Source of the DNA: Promethearchaeota archaeon
GTDB taxonomy: Archaea; Asgardarchaeota; Lokiarchaeia; Sigyniarchaeales; SOKP01
Direction: 5' to 3'
Assembly (NCBI GenBank): GCA_019058365.1
Contig: JAHPZE010000002.1
Coordinates: 266,991-330,990 of the forward strand
DNA: 64,000 nucleotides
Below are positions 50,683 through 61,216 of the stretch, piece after piece. The translations under genes were made by a program, and so were the position numbers. The number at the start of each line of letters is the position of its first letter. Within the stretch, counting starts at the first letter, position 1. Under the pieces are notes generated by a model that did not search any database, was not told the DNA's origin, and worked only from the letters and a program-made list of their open reading frames with translations.

Positions 50683-51351
50683 ATGAATAATGAAAATATT
50701 GGAATACCATTAATAGGAGATAAATTTCCTGAAATGGAAGTAATGACGACTCATGGAATGATGAAGCTTCCTGATGATGCTAATGAAGGAGGAAAATGGT
50801 GGTTTATCTTATTTAGTCACCCAGCAGATTTTACACCAGTTTGTACAACCGAATTCCATGCGTTTGCGAAAAGAAATGATCAATTTCAAGCAATGAATAC
50901 AAGATTGATAGGTCTTTCAATTGATCAAGTATTTTCACATATTAAATGGACAGAATGGATTAAAGAAAATTTAGATACTGAGATTCCTTTTCCTATTATT
51001 GCTGATCATGGTGCAGTCGCTAATAAATTGGGAATGATTCATCCTGGTAAAGGATCAAATACAGTAAGAGCAGTATTTATTGTGGATGCTGAAGGTAAAA
51101 TTAGAATAATTTTATATTATCCACAAGAAATTGGGCGTAATATGGACGAGATTTTAAGATGTGTAAAAGCTTTACAAACTGCTGATAAAGAAAAAGTTGC
51201 ATTACCTGCGAATTGGCCTAACAATGAATTATTCGGTGATCATGCTATTATCCCTCCTGCTAAAGATGTAAATACCGCTAAGGAAAGACTTGCTAACGCA
51301 GGAAAAGATTATGAGTGCCTTGATTGGTGGCTATGTCATAAAAAATTATAA
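50683..51351 (+). CDS. Peroxiredoxin (archaeal Prx6 type)
   Basis: [25 protein letters not shown]-terminal CLDWWLC. Confidence 0.93.
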   Translation: MNNENIGIPLIGDKFPEMEVMTTHGMMKLPDDANEGGKWWFILFSHPADFTPVCTTEFHAFAKRNDQFQAMNTRLIGLSIDQVFSHIKWTEWIKENLDTEIPFPIIADHGAVANKLGMIHPGKGSNTVRAVFIVDAEGKIRIILYYPQEIGRNMDEILRCVKALQTADKEKVALPANWPNNELFGDHAIIPPAKDVNTAKERLANAGKDYECLDWWLCHKKL

Positions 51352-51353
51352 TC

Positions 51354-51364
51354 TTTTTTTTTTT
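51354..51364 (+). terminator. Oligo-T archaeal terminator
   Basis: Long T run immediately after the prx stop. Confidence 0.45.
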
Positions 51365-51397
51365 AAACTAAGATATGTATTTCTTTAAAAATGTATG

Positions 51398-52432
51398 TTA
51401 GAATCTTTTCATTTTTTTAGGATAAGCTTGAAATGGGGTCCGTGGTTCAGTAGAAATCCATTCAGTATTCTCTTCTAAATGTGAAAGAGAATATAATAAA
51501 TCAAAAGTTAACCAATGTGTCACTTTTGGATGGTTAATATAATCCCACAATCCAAATTCTCCTCGTTCAGATTTTATAAACTCTATAAATTCAGAAACAC
51601 GATTATCATCCTCACTAGCACCAATCCTCCAACAAAGATTCAATAGATGAGCAATATCAAATTTAGCCATAAATGTAATTTGTCCAATAGATTTTTCTAA
51701 CCCTATAAGCCTAGCAACCACGAAACCAAGGTTACTTCTTAATTTTGTATCTGTTCCAAGGATTAGATCTAATGCTCGCTTAGCTTCTTCACTTTTTCTA
51801 CGATTTGGATGATAAGCAAAACAACTAAGAACTGCTGTTGTATTTGATCGGCATCCCCATTTTGAATGAGCTAAACGTCGATATCTAGCAATACCTCCAT
51901 AATTTCCCGCAGACAAACCAACAGGCCATGCACCATCTTCTAGACGTTGTTCTATTAACCATTCAAATGCCTTTTCAGATCTTACATCAGTTGCATAACC
52001 ACACATTACTAATCCTAAGAGTGGAATCGCAGTTTGAATAGGCATCATTTGATACCCAATCTCCTCATCAGTTCGTAACTTTTTACCCGGCATTGGCCAA
52101 GAACCATTATTTTGTTGTTTTGAAAAAATAAATTCTGCAGCTTTCTGTATTACTTGATGAGACGAATCAAATCTTAAGTAACCAAGTCTCTGTAATACCA
52201 TAGAAGTTATTTGAAGGTTATCGTTATATATCAATTGATTTATCCCGAAAGAATCCCAAGATCCATTAGAATTTTGAAGTTTAAACAAAGTTTTAACAAG
52301 TGGATCTAATTCTCTCATTTCCAATAGTTCTTGAACTTCTTTTTCATTCTCAGGAAGATGTAATAATTCAGTCAATACTAAATATCGTAAACAAGGTGAT
52401 GGATCAGTTAATAAAAGTGGAATCCAAGTCAC
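51398..52432 (-). CDS. Prenyltransferase/squalene-cyclase-repeat (alpha/alpha barrel) protein
   Basis: QW repeats QNSNGSW, QQNNGSW and RLEDGAW; overlaps the uvrA stop. Confidence 0.7.
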   Translation of the reverse strand: MTWIPLLLTDPSPCLRYLVLTELLHLPENEKEVQELLEMRELDPLVKTLFKLQNSNGSWDSFGINQLIYNDNLQITSMVLQRLGYLRFDSSHQVIQKAAEFIFSKQQNNGSWPMPGKKLRTDEEIGYQMMPIQTAIPLLGLVMCGYATDVRSEKAFEWLIEQRLEDGAWPVGLSAGNYGGIARYRRLAHSKWGCRSNTTAVLSCFAYHPNRRKSEEAKRALDLILGTDTKLRSNLGFVVARLIGLEKSIGQITFMAKFDIAHLLNLCWRIGASEDDNRVSEFIEFIKSERGEFGLWDYINHPKVTHWLTFDLLYSLSHLEENTEWISTEPRTPFQAYPKKMKRF

Positions 52433-55400
52433 TTTCCTTCCTCCAATACTTTTTTTAAATATGGTGCTGTTGGCGTATCTAATTTAGCGAGTTCATCAGG
52501 AGGACCCTTCGCAATTACTCGACCTCCTTCTGGTCCTGCTCCTGGACCAAGTTCAATTAACCAATCACATGATGCTAATACATGAGGATGGTGTTCGATG
52601 ATTACAACAGTATTACCATTATCCACTAAAAGATGTAGAACATCAATTAATTTGGAAACATCCTCTAAGTGTTGCCCAATAGTCGGTTCATCTAAAATAT
52701 AAAGTGTTTTATTATTAGATTTTTTTGATAATTCCTTTACAATTTTAAGCCTTTGAGCTTCACCTCCAGAAAGGGTGCGAGCAGGTTGATTTAATTGCAA
52801 ATATCCAAGGCCTACTTTCTCAGCGTAATTTAATTTTGTGAAAATAGTATCAAAATCTTTAAACAATTGATATGCTTCATCAATAGTTAAATTATTTATC
52901 TCGGGTAGCGAAATACCTTCAAAATGTATTTGCCACGCTTCCGTTTGATAACCTGTTCCTTTACAAATTTCACAAGTTTCAACAATATCTGGCAAAAATT
53001 TCATATCAATTTTAATATAACCACGCCCTTTACAAACAGAGCATCTTTTTGTTAAATCTTTATAGGTTAACCCTAATAGTTTTGCATCTTCGGTCTCTGC
53101 AAACACTTGGATAATTAAATTTTCTAAACCTAAAAATTTGAGAGGACTACCTATCTTTTTTTTAGTTTGATCAATAATAACTGTTTTCGGTAAATTTCCC
53201 TCAATCTTCTTATATTCCCCTGGTTCAATAGGTTCTCGAGCCACTGAAGTTGTATGCTTTATAGGTACTAAAGCTCTTCCCAATGTGTCAATCAATAATG
53301 TACTTTTTCCTGAACCCGAAACTCCACATATTCCTATTAATAAATTATGAGGAATCTCTACTAAATCACCTTTAAGGTTATTTTCTTTCGCCCCATAAAT
53401 TTTTAACCATTTCTGTGGCTTTCTAAATTTTCTTGATAAATTAAACTTTTTTTTTCCACTTAACCAGTGGCCAGTAATAGTGTTAGCTTTTAATATATCT
53501 TCTAGTGATCCTTCAGCTATTATCTCACCCCCATTAATACCGGCTCCAGGACCCATATCAACAATATAATCGGCAGCTTCCATAAATAATTGATCATGCT
53601 CTATGGAGATGATTGTATTTCCTTTATTACGCAATTCCTTCAATACTTTGACTAATATTTGCAGCTCAGAAGGATGCAAGCCCCTTGAAGGTTCATCAAG
53701 TAGAATGGTTAATGATGTTAAATCACTCCCCAATAGCCCAGCTAATCGTATTCTTTGCGCTTCTCCGGTGGAGAGACTTTCAGCAACACGATTTAAATTA
53801 ATATATCCTAATCCTGTTTTAATTAGAAATTCCAAACGAGTTAAAATGATTTTAAAACTATTTGACACAAATTCTGGTATATTTTTTTGAATCTTTATTT
53901 CTTTTAATATTTTATAGAGTTCGTTAAATGGAATTTCACACATCTGATGAATATTATAACCATTTAGATAGATAGATAGATATTGAGGGCGTAACTTCAT
54001 TCCATTACATTCAGTACATATTTCTTTATCTGTGTAAGTTCCTCCTGTATCCCAATCTCTCAACCATTGCCCATAAAATCCTTGAAATTTAATTAATCTT
54101 CTTGTTACTATTCCTTTTTTATTTTCAAATTCTACGTCTAAAGGATTCTTATCTCCAAAAATAAATGCGTTTTTTGCATTTTCCGATAGTTCATTCCAAG
54201 GGGTTAAGAAGGGATTAAAACCATAACGAGTTGCGAGAGCTTGAACTATATAATAACCACCATTATATGGTTTACATAGGAACCCTTTTGGAAAAAATCC
54301 CGGAGAATACATAGCTCCATTGCATAAAGGTTTCCCAGGGTGAATTATTAATTTATTTGGGTTAGGAACTTGAAATGAACCTACTCCATGGCACTTAAGA
54401 CAAGCCGCTGAATAATTTGTTGATATAAAATGTCGTGGTTTAGCAATAGGTATTGAAATTTTACAATTTTTGCAATACCATCTTTCTTCTCTCTCCATCG
54501 ATTTATTACATTTAGGACAACTTATTTCTCCCATATAAGAAAAAACGTTGGCTAAATGGAGTATTATATCAGTAACCCTTCCTATTGTATTTCTAAGATT
54601 AAAAAACCACCCTTGTATAATTTTTTCAGGTAATATTGATGCTGTAATCCCTAAACCTTGAATATTTTCAACTAAAGCTTCAGTACTTTCTTTAATACTT
54701 TGTCGTTCATACATTGATAATGTTTCAAAATATCTACGTCTCGCTTCTGTTTCAAGGGTATCCATAATAAGACTAGATTTACCAGATCCAGAAACTCCAG
54801 TAATTACAGTAAATTTCTTTTTCGGTATCTTTACATTTACATTTTTAAGATTATGAATATGTGCATTCTCAATGAAAATTTTTTCTGAACTCTCTCGCTT
54901 CTTGATTTCTTTTTCAATTAAAGGCTGAATTTTTTCCTCTTCTCTAAGAGCTAAGGCTGTAAGAGAATCTTTAAAATTTATGAAATTATTTAGAGAGCCT
55001 TGATATAAAACATTTCCACCATTAGGTCCGGAACCCGGACCAAGGTCTATTATCCAATCAGCAGCTCTTATAATATCGATATTGTGCTCTACTATCACTA
55101 TAGTGGCTCCTGCTCGAATCAATCTATCCAGAATCATTAATAGTCCTGCTAAATCTTGTGGATGTAGCCCTGTGGATGGTTCATCCAGAATCATTAATTG
55201 GTCCTTCAAGTTTTTCTTTCCTAAATATTTTGATAATTTAACTCGCTGAGCTTCTCCCCCTGATAATGTTGGAGATGGTTGACCGAGTGACATATAACCT
55301 AAACCTATATCGTTTAGAGCTTTTAACATCTGCTTAATAGTATTAAAATCTGCAGCTGATAATCTTTTTTCATTCTCAAAAATTTCATTCATTTGGGATA

Positions 55401-57303
55401 TTGAAATATCATATAATTCAGCAATAGAATATTCCTTTTCTCCAAATTTTACCTTTTCATTAAGAATCTCTTCAGAAAATCTCTGACCATTGCAATCTGG
55501 ACATGTAATCCAATTAGAGGGTAAATATTTCATTTTGATCTCAATAGCTCCCATTCCATTACATGTTGGGCATTGACCTTCAAGAGTATTAAATGAATAG
55601 TAAGTAGCTTTAAATTTCGTAACCTTAGCAAATAATTTTCTAATAATATCAGCAATCTCTGTATATGTTGCCGGATTTGATCTCGGATTCTTTCCAATAG
55701 GTCCTTGATCTATCATTATAGGTTTCACTTTTGGACCTTTAATTTCATCACAGCCTATATTTTTTTTTTCTTTTAGTGTAGTATATAATACATTTTCTAC
55801 TAAAGTACTTTTTCCTGAACCCGATACGCCAGTAATAACCGAAAAACGGTTTAAGGGGATCTTAACTGTTATATTTTTTAAATTATGCATGTTAGCATTT
55901 TCTATTGTTAAAAACAATTGAGGTTTTATTCTATGCTTTGGAATTTTTACTTTTTCTCTTGAACTAAAAAATTTACCAGTGGAAGTTTCTGCTTTCCAAA
56001 GTTCGGTTGGCGTTCCGGTGAATATTATCTTACCACCTTCAATTCCTGCACCAGGACCAAGATCAATATTATAATCAGCTGTGGCTGAAGCTCTCTTATC
56101 ATGTTCGATAAAAATAATAGGACCAGTCAATTTTGTAAGTATAGGCATTAATTTTGCAACGTCAGCAGGGTGTTGACCAATAGTAGGTTCATCAAGAATA
56201 TGTGTAATATCTTCCAAATCACTCAATAAAGCAATAGCTAATCGAACTCTTTGAGATTCACCTCTAGAAAGTGTAGGAGAACTACGATTGAGTGTTAAGT
56301 AATCAAGTCCAACTGAATTCAAAGCATGCAACCTTCTAAAGATCTCTTGTATTAAACGATCTGAGGCTATTAATATATCACTAGTAAATAATTTTAGTAA
56401 ATCTTTTATTGATTTACTAAGAAATTCTGTGAAAAGTAATTCTGACCAAGTGACTCTTGAAGCGAATGGATGATATCCTGTATGATTACATTCATCGCAT
56501 CCCTTTCCTTTACAATGAGGACAATTTCGCTTGAAATGTGTAGGATCTAGATCACCAAACCATGTTCCACAATGTACACATGCAGGAACTCGAGATATGA
56601 GGTTATTAAATGTTTTACCTTTTATCATTAAAGAATTAGCTCCTAATGCATGAACTTTTTCAATAATATTGCGAATATCGTGAATTTTAGTATATTTATT
56701 AATTTTGCCAAGAGAAATTAGGATGTCATGATTTCTTTTGGAATCTAAATTTTGACTATTCCATGGTATTCCATCAATCTCTATTGAGTTATAATCAAAT
56801 TCTTTTAATAATAAATTGAGGAGTGTTTGATGACTACCTTGAACATTTTTTACTAGGATTGCAGAAATAGAAATAGATTCTTTTTTTGAACTTGTTTTTA
56901 ATTGATTAATAATCTCATCTTCTTTTAATATTGATAGTTCAGTTCCACAAACATGACATTTTCTTTTCCCATATCGAGCAAATAAAATTCTTAATAATGG
57001 TAAGATCCCTGCTGCTGAACCTACTATTGAGTTTGGATTTCGATTTAATAAGTTCTGCCCTAAAGCAATAGTAGGACCAAGCCCAGTTATAGAACGAACT
57101 TTTACTGGATTCAAATCAATTTTTTCTTTACTTACTGAGAATGCTTCTAAGAAACGTCGGCGTGCTTCTTTATATAGAGTGTCAAAGATTAATGAAGTCT
57201 TACCAGAACCAGAAACTCCAGTTATAACTGTTAAACCATCTTCTATATCTACATCAACATTCTTTAAATTATGCTCCTTTGCTCCACGAATCTGAATTTT
57301 CAT
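52429..57303 (-). CDS. Double-length UvrA-like protein (four ABC ATPase domains)
   Basis: Four G[VI]SGSGK Walker A motifs, four signature/LDEP motifs, CxxC zinc modules. Confidence 0.88.
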   Translation of the reverse strand: MKIQIRGAKEHNLKNVDVDIEDGLTVITGVSGSGKTSLIFDTLYKEARRRFLEAFSVSKEKIDLNPVKVRSITGLGPTIALGQNLLNRNPNSIVGSAAGILPLLRILFARYGKRKCHVCGTELSILKEDEIINQLKTSSKKESISISAILVKNVQGSHQTLLNLLLKEFDYNSIEIDGIPWNSQNLDSKRNHDILISLGKINKYTKIHDIRNIIEKVHALGANSLMIKGKTFNNLISRVPACVHCGTWFGDLDPTHFKRNCPHCKGKGCDECNHTGYHPFASRVTWSELLFTEFLSKSIKDLLKLFTSDILIASDRLIQEIFRRLHALNSVGLDYLTLNRSSPTLSRGESQRVRLAIALLSDLEDITHILDEPTIGQHPADVAKLMPILTKLTGPIIFIEHDKRASATADYNIDLGPGAGIEGGKIIFTGTPTELWKAETSTGKFFSSREKVKIPKHRIKPQLFLTIENANMHNLKNITVKIPLNRFSVITGVSGSGKSTLVENVLYTTLKEKKNIGCDEIKGPKVKPIMIDQGPIGKNPRSNPATYTEIADIIRKLFAKVTKFKATYYSFNTLEGQCPTCNGMGAIEIKMKYLPSNWITCPDCNGQRFSEEILNEKVKFGEKEYSIAELYDISISQMNEIFENEKRLSAADFNTIKQMLKALNDIGLGYMSLGQPSPTLSGGEAQRVKLSKYLGKKNLKDQLMILDEPSTGLHPQDLAGLLMILDRLIRAGATIVIVEHNIDIIRAADWIIDLGPGSGPNGGNVLYQGSLNNFINFKDSLTALALREEEKIQPLIEKEIKKRESSEKIFIENAHIHNLKNVNVKIPKKKFTVITGVSGSGKSSLIMDTLETEARRRYFETLSMYERQSIKESTEALVENIQGLGITASILPEKIIQGWFFNLRNTIGRVTDIILHLANVFSYMGEISCPKCNKSMEREERWYCKNCKISIPIAKPRHFISTNYSAACLKCHGVGSFQVPNPNKLIIHPGKPLCNGAMYSPGFFPKGFLCKPYNGGYYIVQALATRYGFNPFLTPWNELSENAKNAFIFGDKNPLDVEFENKKGIVTRRLIKFQGFYGQWLRDWDTGGTYTDKEICTECNGMKLRPQYLSIYLNGYNIHQMCEIPFNELYKILKEIKIQKNIPEFVSNSFKIILTRLEFLIKTGLGYINLNRVAESLSTGEAQRIRLAGLLGSDLTSLTILLDEPSRGLHPSELQILVKVLKELRNKGNTIISIEHDQLFMEAADYIVDMGPGAGINGGEIIAEGSLEDILKANTITGHWLSGKKKFNLSRKFRKPQKWLKIYGAKENNLKGDLVEIPHNLLIGICGVSGSGKSTLLIDTLGRALVPIKHTTSVAREPIEPGEYKKIEGNLPKTVIIDQTKKKIGSPLKFLGLENLIIQVFAETEDAKLLGLTYKDLTKRCSVCKGRGYIKIDMKFLPDIVETCEICKGTGYQTEAWQIHFEGISLPEINNLTIDEAYQLFKDFDTIFTKLNYAEKVGLGYLQLNQPARTLSGGEAQRLKIVKELSKKSNNKTLYILDEPTIGQHLEDVSKLIDVLHLLVDNGNTVVIIEHHPHVLASCDWLIELGPGAGPEGGRVIAKGPPDELAKLDTPTAPYLKKVLEEGK

Positions 57304-57330
57304 ATGACTTTCATTAGTTATATACTTAGA

Positions 57331-59841
57331 TTAATTCAAATACGGACCAGTTTTAGATGCTTTATTCTTTCTTATATCTTCTGGGAGTCCTAATGCAATG
57401 ATTTCTCCTCCTTTAGGACCACCTTCAGGACCCAATTCGATAATATAATCGCAGAATGAAAGAATATTTGGATCATGCTCAATAATAATGATACTATTCC
57501 CTTCTTGAACCAACCGTTCAAGTAGCTCTATAAGTTTTACTACATCATAAAATGATAAACCAACTGTAGGTTCATCTAGTATATATAATGAATTACTCTT
57601 TCTTACTTTCCCTAATTCCTTTGCTAATTTTACACGTTGTGCTTCTCCTCCACTTAAAGTTGGAGCAGGTTGTCCAAGCTCAATATATCCCATCCCTATT
57701 TCATCTAATATCTTTAATACATTCGAGATGCTCGGCTGAGATTTGAATAATTCAGCAGCTTCATTTACAGTCATTTCAAGTACATCCGCAATAGATTTAC
57801 CCTTATATTCAACTTCTAAAATCTCTGGGATATATCTTACTCCCTTACATTCCTTACAAGGAATTGTAAAACTGGTGAGAAATGATACTTGAAGATCTTG
57901 TACTCCTTGACCTTTACATGCTGGGCAACGTCCACGGTCAGAATTATAGGAAAAATGTCCCGCTGTGTATTTTCGCTTTTTTGCTTCACTAGTTTTGGCA
58001 AATTCATTACGTATTTTATCCCAAATACCAATAAATGAACATGGTGTAGAAGTTCGGGTACGAGAGATTGGTTTTTGATTGACAACAATAACATCATTAA
58101 TATTTTGCCAACCTTCAACTTGGCCAGAATATTCCAATAAATCATCTCCATTCTCTTCTTCTTCATCCTCCCCATTTTCATTCTTTTTCTTTGCTTGATT
58201 TTTTGCACCTCGCTTGAAATATGGTTTTAATAGGGGAACTAAAGAATCCAAAATAAGAGAGCTTTTTCCAGACCCAGATACTCCTGCAACACCCACCAGT
58301 AATCCTAAAGGAATTTTTACTGTAATATCCTTTAGATTATTTGTACTCGCATTCCTAAGAGTTATATATTTAGTAGTCTTTTCAATGTTCCTTTGTGAAT
58401 CAATTTCTTTCTTAGATAGCTCCATTTGTCCTGCAAGAAACTGACCTGTATAAGATTCTTTAATCTTTTTAATACCATCTAAAGAACCCTGATAGACAAT
58501 TTCACCTCCATGGATGCCAGCTCCCGGACCAATATCGATAATTTCATCAGCAATCTCAATAAATCGTTTATCATGCTCAACTACTATAATAGTATTTCCT
58601 AAGTTTTTTAATTGCATTAGTAAAGCAACTAATGAATCTTTTTCACGCTCATGTAAGCTCATACTAGGTTCATCCAAAATATAAATTAATGAGTCTAAAC
58701 CACCCTCTAAATGAGTCATAAGAGATAACCTTTGTAATTCACCTCCACTGAGTGTTGGCAAAGAGCGATGTAAGTGAAGATAGGACAATCCCACATTAAT
58801 CATTCGTTTTAAACCTAGCTTTAGATTGTCGAGCATTGCTCTTCCTTGTGGATTTTTTATATGATCATTAGTTAGCTTGTTAAAATATTCTTGTAATTCA
58901 TCTATCGTCATCATTGCTAATTCACCAATATGCTTATCCGCAATCTTTATTTCCCGAGCTTCTTCATTAATTCTATATCCTTGACATTCTTCACATTTTT
59001 TTTTGGACATATACTCCTTAGTGATCTTGTTCTTTCTATAATCACTTTTACCTTCAGTCATAGCACGTTCCATGTGCGGAATGATCCCTTCAAAAACACG
59101 TTCTAATTCTCCTTGAAAAGACTTTGATTCCCACCAGAACTTGAACTTTTTACCTTTACTACCATACAAATATAAATCTTTTATTTCTTGAGGCAAATCC
59201 TTATAGGACGTTTTCATATCAAAATTGAAAAAATTTGGTAATTGTTCAACAAATTTTATTTGATCGGCAAAACAGCCTGAACCTGCCTTTGTAATCTGCA
59301 TTAACGTCCTATTATAATCCTGAACAATCATCTCTTCCGTAAATTGCATCTCATACCCGCGCCCCTTGCACGCTAAGCACATCCCTGAAGGTTCATTAAA
59401 GGAAAAATGTTTTATTTGTTTGCGCTCCGCGATCATCCCACATTGGTTGCATTCAAGAGTGGATTGATTCACGCGTTCTTTACAGATTGGACAGATTAAG
59501 ATCCCTTCAGTAGCATAGAGCATTCTAATTAAACCATAAATTCCTGTTTTCGTACCTACAGTAGAACGAGGATTAAATACGCGAGTAGTTCTTTGCTCTA
59601 CTGCCACAGTTGGGCTTAAACCGTCAATCATATCGAAGGGTTTATCATCCTCAAACTTAGGTGGGAAGCCGATTGATTGTAGATACCGATTCATTCCCTC
59701 ATCAAATATGATATCAAACGCCAGGCTCGATTTTCCCGAGCCCGAGACGCCTGTTATTAGGATCATTTTCTTTTTAGGTATATTTACATTAATATCCTTT
59801 AAATTATGAATTCTAGCTCTAACAATCTTTATCTCATTCAT
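57331..59841 (-). CDS. uvrA: UvrA-like protein (class II/DrrC-like)
   Basis: HNLK, GVSGSGKS twice, LSGGE twice; likely start MNEIK at 59841. Confidence 0.88.
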   Translation of the reverse strand: MNEIKIVRARIHNLKDINVNIPKKKMILITGVSGSGKSSLAFDIIFDEGMNRYLQSIGFPPKFEDDKPFDMIDGLSPTVAVEQRTTRVFNPRSTVGTKTGIYGLIRMLYATEGILICPICKERVNQSTLECNQCGMIAERKQIKHFSFNEPSGMCLACKGRGYEMQFTEEMIVQDYNRTLMQITKAGSGCFADQIKFVEQLPNFFNFDMKTSYKDLPQEIKDLYLYGSKGKKFKFWWESKSFQGELERVFEGIIPHMERAMTEGKSDYRKNKITKEYMSKKKCEECQGYRINEEAREIKIADKHIGELAMMTIDELQEYFNKLTNDHIKNPQGRAMLDNLKLGLKRMINVGLSYLHLHRSLPTLSGGELQRLSLMTHLEGGLDSLIYILDEPSMSLHEREKDSLVALLMQLKNLGNTIIVVEHDKRFIEIADEIIDIGPGAGIHGGEIVYQGSLDGIKKIKESYTGQFLAGQMELSKKEIDSQRNIEKTTKYITLRNASTNNLKDITVKIPLGLLVGVAGVSGSGKSSLILDSLVPLLKPYFKRGAKNQAKKKNENGEDEEEENGDDLLEYSGQVEGWQNINDVIVVNQKPISRTRTSTPCSFIGIWDKIRNEFAKTSEAKKRKYTAGHFSYNSDRGRCPACKGQGVQDLQVSFLTSFTIPCKECKGVRYIPEILEVEYKGKSIADVLEMTVNEAAELFKSQPSISNVLKILDEIGMGYIELGQPAPTLSGGEAQRVKLAKELGKVRKSNSLYILDEPTVGLSFYDVVKLIELLERLVQEGNSIIIIEHDPNILSFCDYIIELGPEGGPKGGEIIALGLPEDIRKNKASKTGPYLN

Positions 59842-59860
59842 TTTCTGATCAATTCCTTTT

Positions 59861-60532
59861 TTAATCAACTTTTTGATAAATATAAAATCCGCAATCAAAT
59901 TCCTTAGGATTTTTTTTAAGCATAGCTATATCCTTTTCGTGACCTTCTAATTCTTTAAGTTCCTTAGATCCTTTATATTTGATCCGTAATTCCTTAATCT
60001 TATTCTCCAACGGGGAGTAATAATCTGTCCACCAAGCTTCTTCCGGTAATAAGAACTTATCTACAAGTTTAAAACCATGTTTAGGAAAGGCTTTTAAATT
60101 ATTACTCACCCATTTAATCGTTTCAAATGAGACTAGAAAACCGTCCAGCTTTAAAATGCGATTGCATTCTTCGAGACATTTCTTTATATTAAGGATATGT
60201 ATCACTCCTTCTTCCCAAAGAATGTCAAATCTTTCATCGGGGAATTTGGTATTATATATTGAACGATTGAAAGTTTTTATACAACTTGAAAGCCCTTTTT
60301 TTTCGATTTTTCCATTGAATTTATCTAATTCTTGTTGGTCAATATCAATACCTATAATCGCTCCATTACTGAGCTCTGCGAGTTCAAGAGTAGGTGTACC
60401 TGAACCACAACCTATATCTAATAGTTGTGGACTCTCTATTTTAGGAAGCATTTCAAAAGCTCTCCTTGTATATTTAAGGAAGACCTTTCGCATTTGCTCA
60501 GCCCCTAATTCTTCTAAAATATCTATAGACAT
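59861..60532 (-). CDS. Class I SAM-dependent methyltransferase
   Basis: LLDIGCGSG, FDILWEEG. Confidence 0.85.
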   Translation of the reverse strand: MSIDILEELGAEQMRKVFLKYTRRAFEMLPKIESPQLLDIGCGSGTPTLELAELSNGAIIGIDIDQQELDKFNGKIEKKGLSSCIKTFNRSIYNTKFPDERFDILWEEGVIHILNIKKCLEECNRILKLDGFLVSFETIKWVSNNLKAFPKHGFKLVDKFLLPEEAWWTDYYSPLENKIKELRIKYKGSKELKELEGHEKDIAMLKKNPKEFDCGFYIYQKVD

Positions 60533-60762
60533 TTTAACACCTTTTTTCTATTATATTGCTTTTTTATTATTTTCCATTTATTTGTTTCCATTTCAACCCC
60601 TTCTTGATTACCCTTATCTATTTCAGGGATACACTCTCTCCATGTTCCCACTTCTTCTAAGACTCCATCTTGGCCTTTTTCAACTCCATTATTTTTCGGT
60701 TTTAATTGCTTTTGATAATCACCAGCCATGTCTTTAAAGCCATCTATAACTAATCTAAACAT
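60523..60762 (-). CDS. Small hypothetical protein
   Basis: GGAGGT SD before MFRLV; fills a gap in the operon. Confidence 0.35.
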   Translation of the reverse strand: MFRLVIDGFKDMAGDYQKQLKPKNNGVEKGQDGVLEEVGTWRECIPEIDKGNQEGVEMETNKWKIIKKQYNRKKVLKCL

Positions 60763-60776
60763 TCTAATTACCTCCT

Positions 60777-61205
60777 TCATTTTTTATTTGGATTAATTTT
60801 ATTGCCACAATCGTAGCATTCCTCATCGTGAACGCAGATTTCGCCTTCACATTTAGGACATGTATAGAATTTTTTCTGTTCTAAGAGCCACTTTTCAGCT
60901 CCAATTTCTTTAATTCTCTTTAAAGATTCTATAAGATTTAGAGAATATCTTTCCCTATAACGCTTGTCAATTGTCTTTAAGTTTTGACATGGAAATTTAT
61001 CACATTCATAACAAAATTCTAATTCTTTTTTTTTTAATGCTGGACAGTCTCTTCTTATAAAAACACAATTTTTATTTCTTATGCGACATCCCTTACAGCC
61101 TGTTTTAAAACCTCTTTGTTCTAACAAATCTTTTTTCAACACAAGATAATGACGGCAAGCTCCGCAATAGATACCACACGGCGCAGCTAAATTATTATTT
61201 AACAT
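60777..61205 (-). CDS. DUF3795 cysteine-rich protein
   Basis: PCGIYCGAC, CKGC, CYEC..FPC, plus a C-terminal zinc ribbon. Confidence 0.8.
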   Translation of the reverse strand: MLNNNLAAPCGIYCGACRHYLVLKKDLLEQRGFKTGCKGCRIRNKNCVFIRRDCPALKKKELEFCYECDKFPCQNLKTIDKRYRERYSLNLIESLKRIKEIGAEKWLLEQKKFYTCPKCEGEICVHDEECYDCGNKINPNKK

Positions 61206-61216
61206 CTGAATAAATC

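Noticed and set aside
51398-52432. Squalene-hopene/oxidosqualene cyclase
   Set aside because: Only one ~340-aa barrel, with no DxDD or DCTAE catalytic motif.
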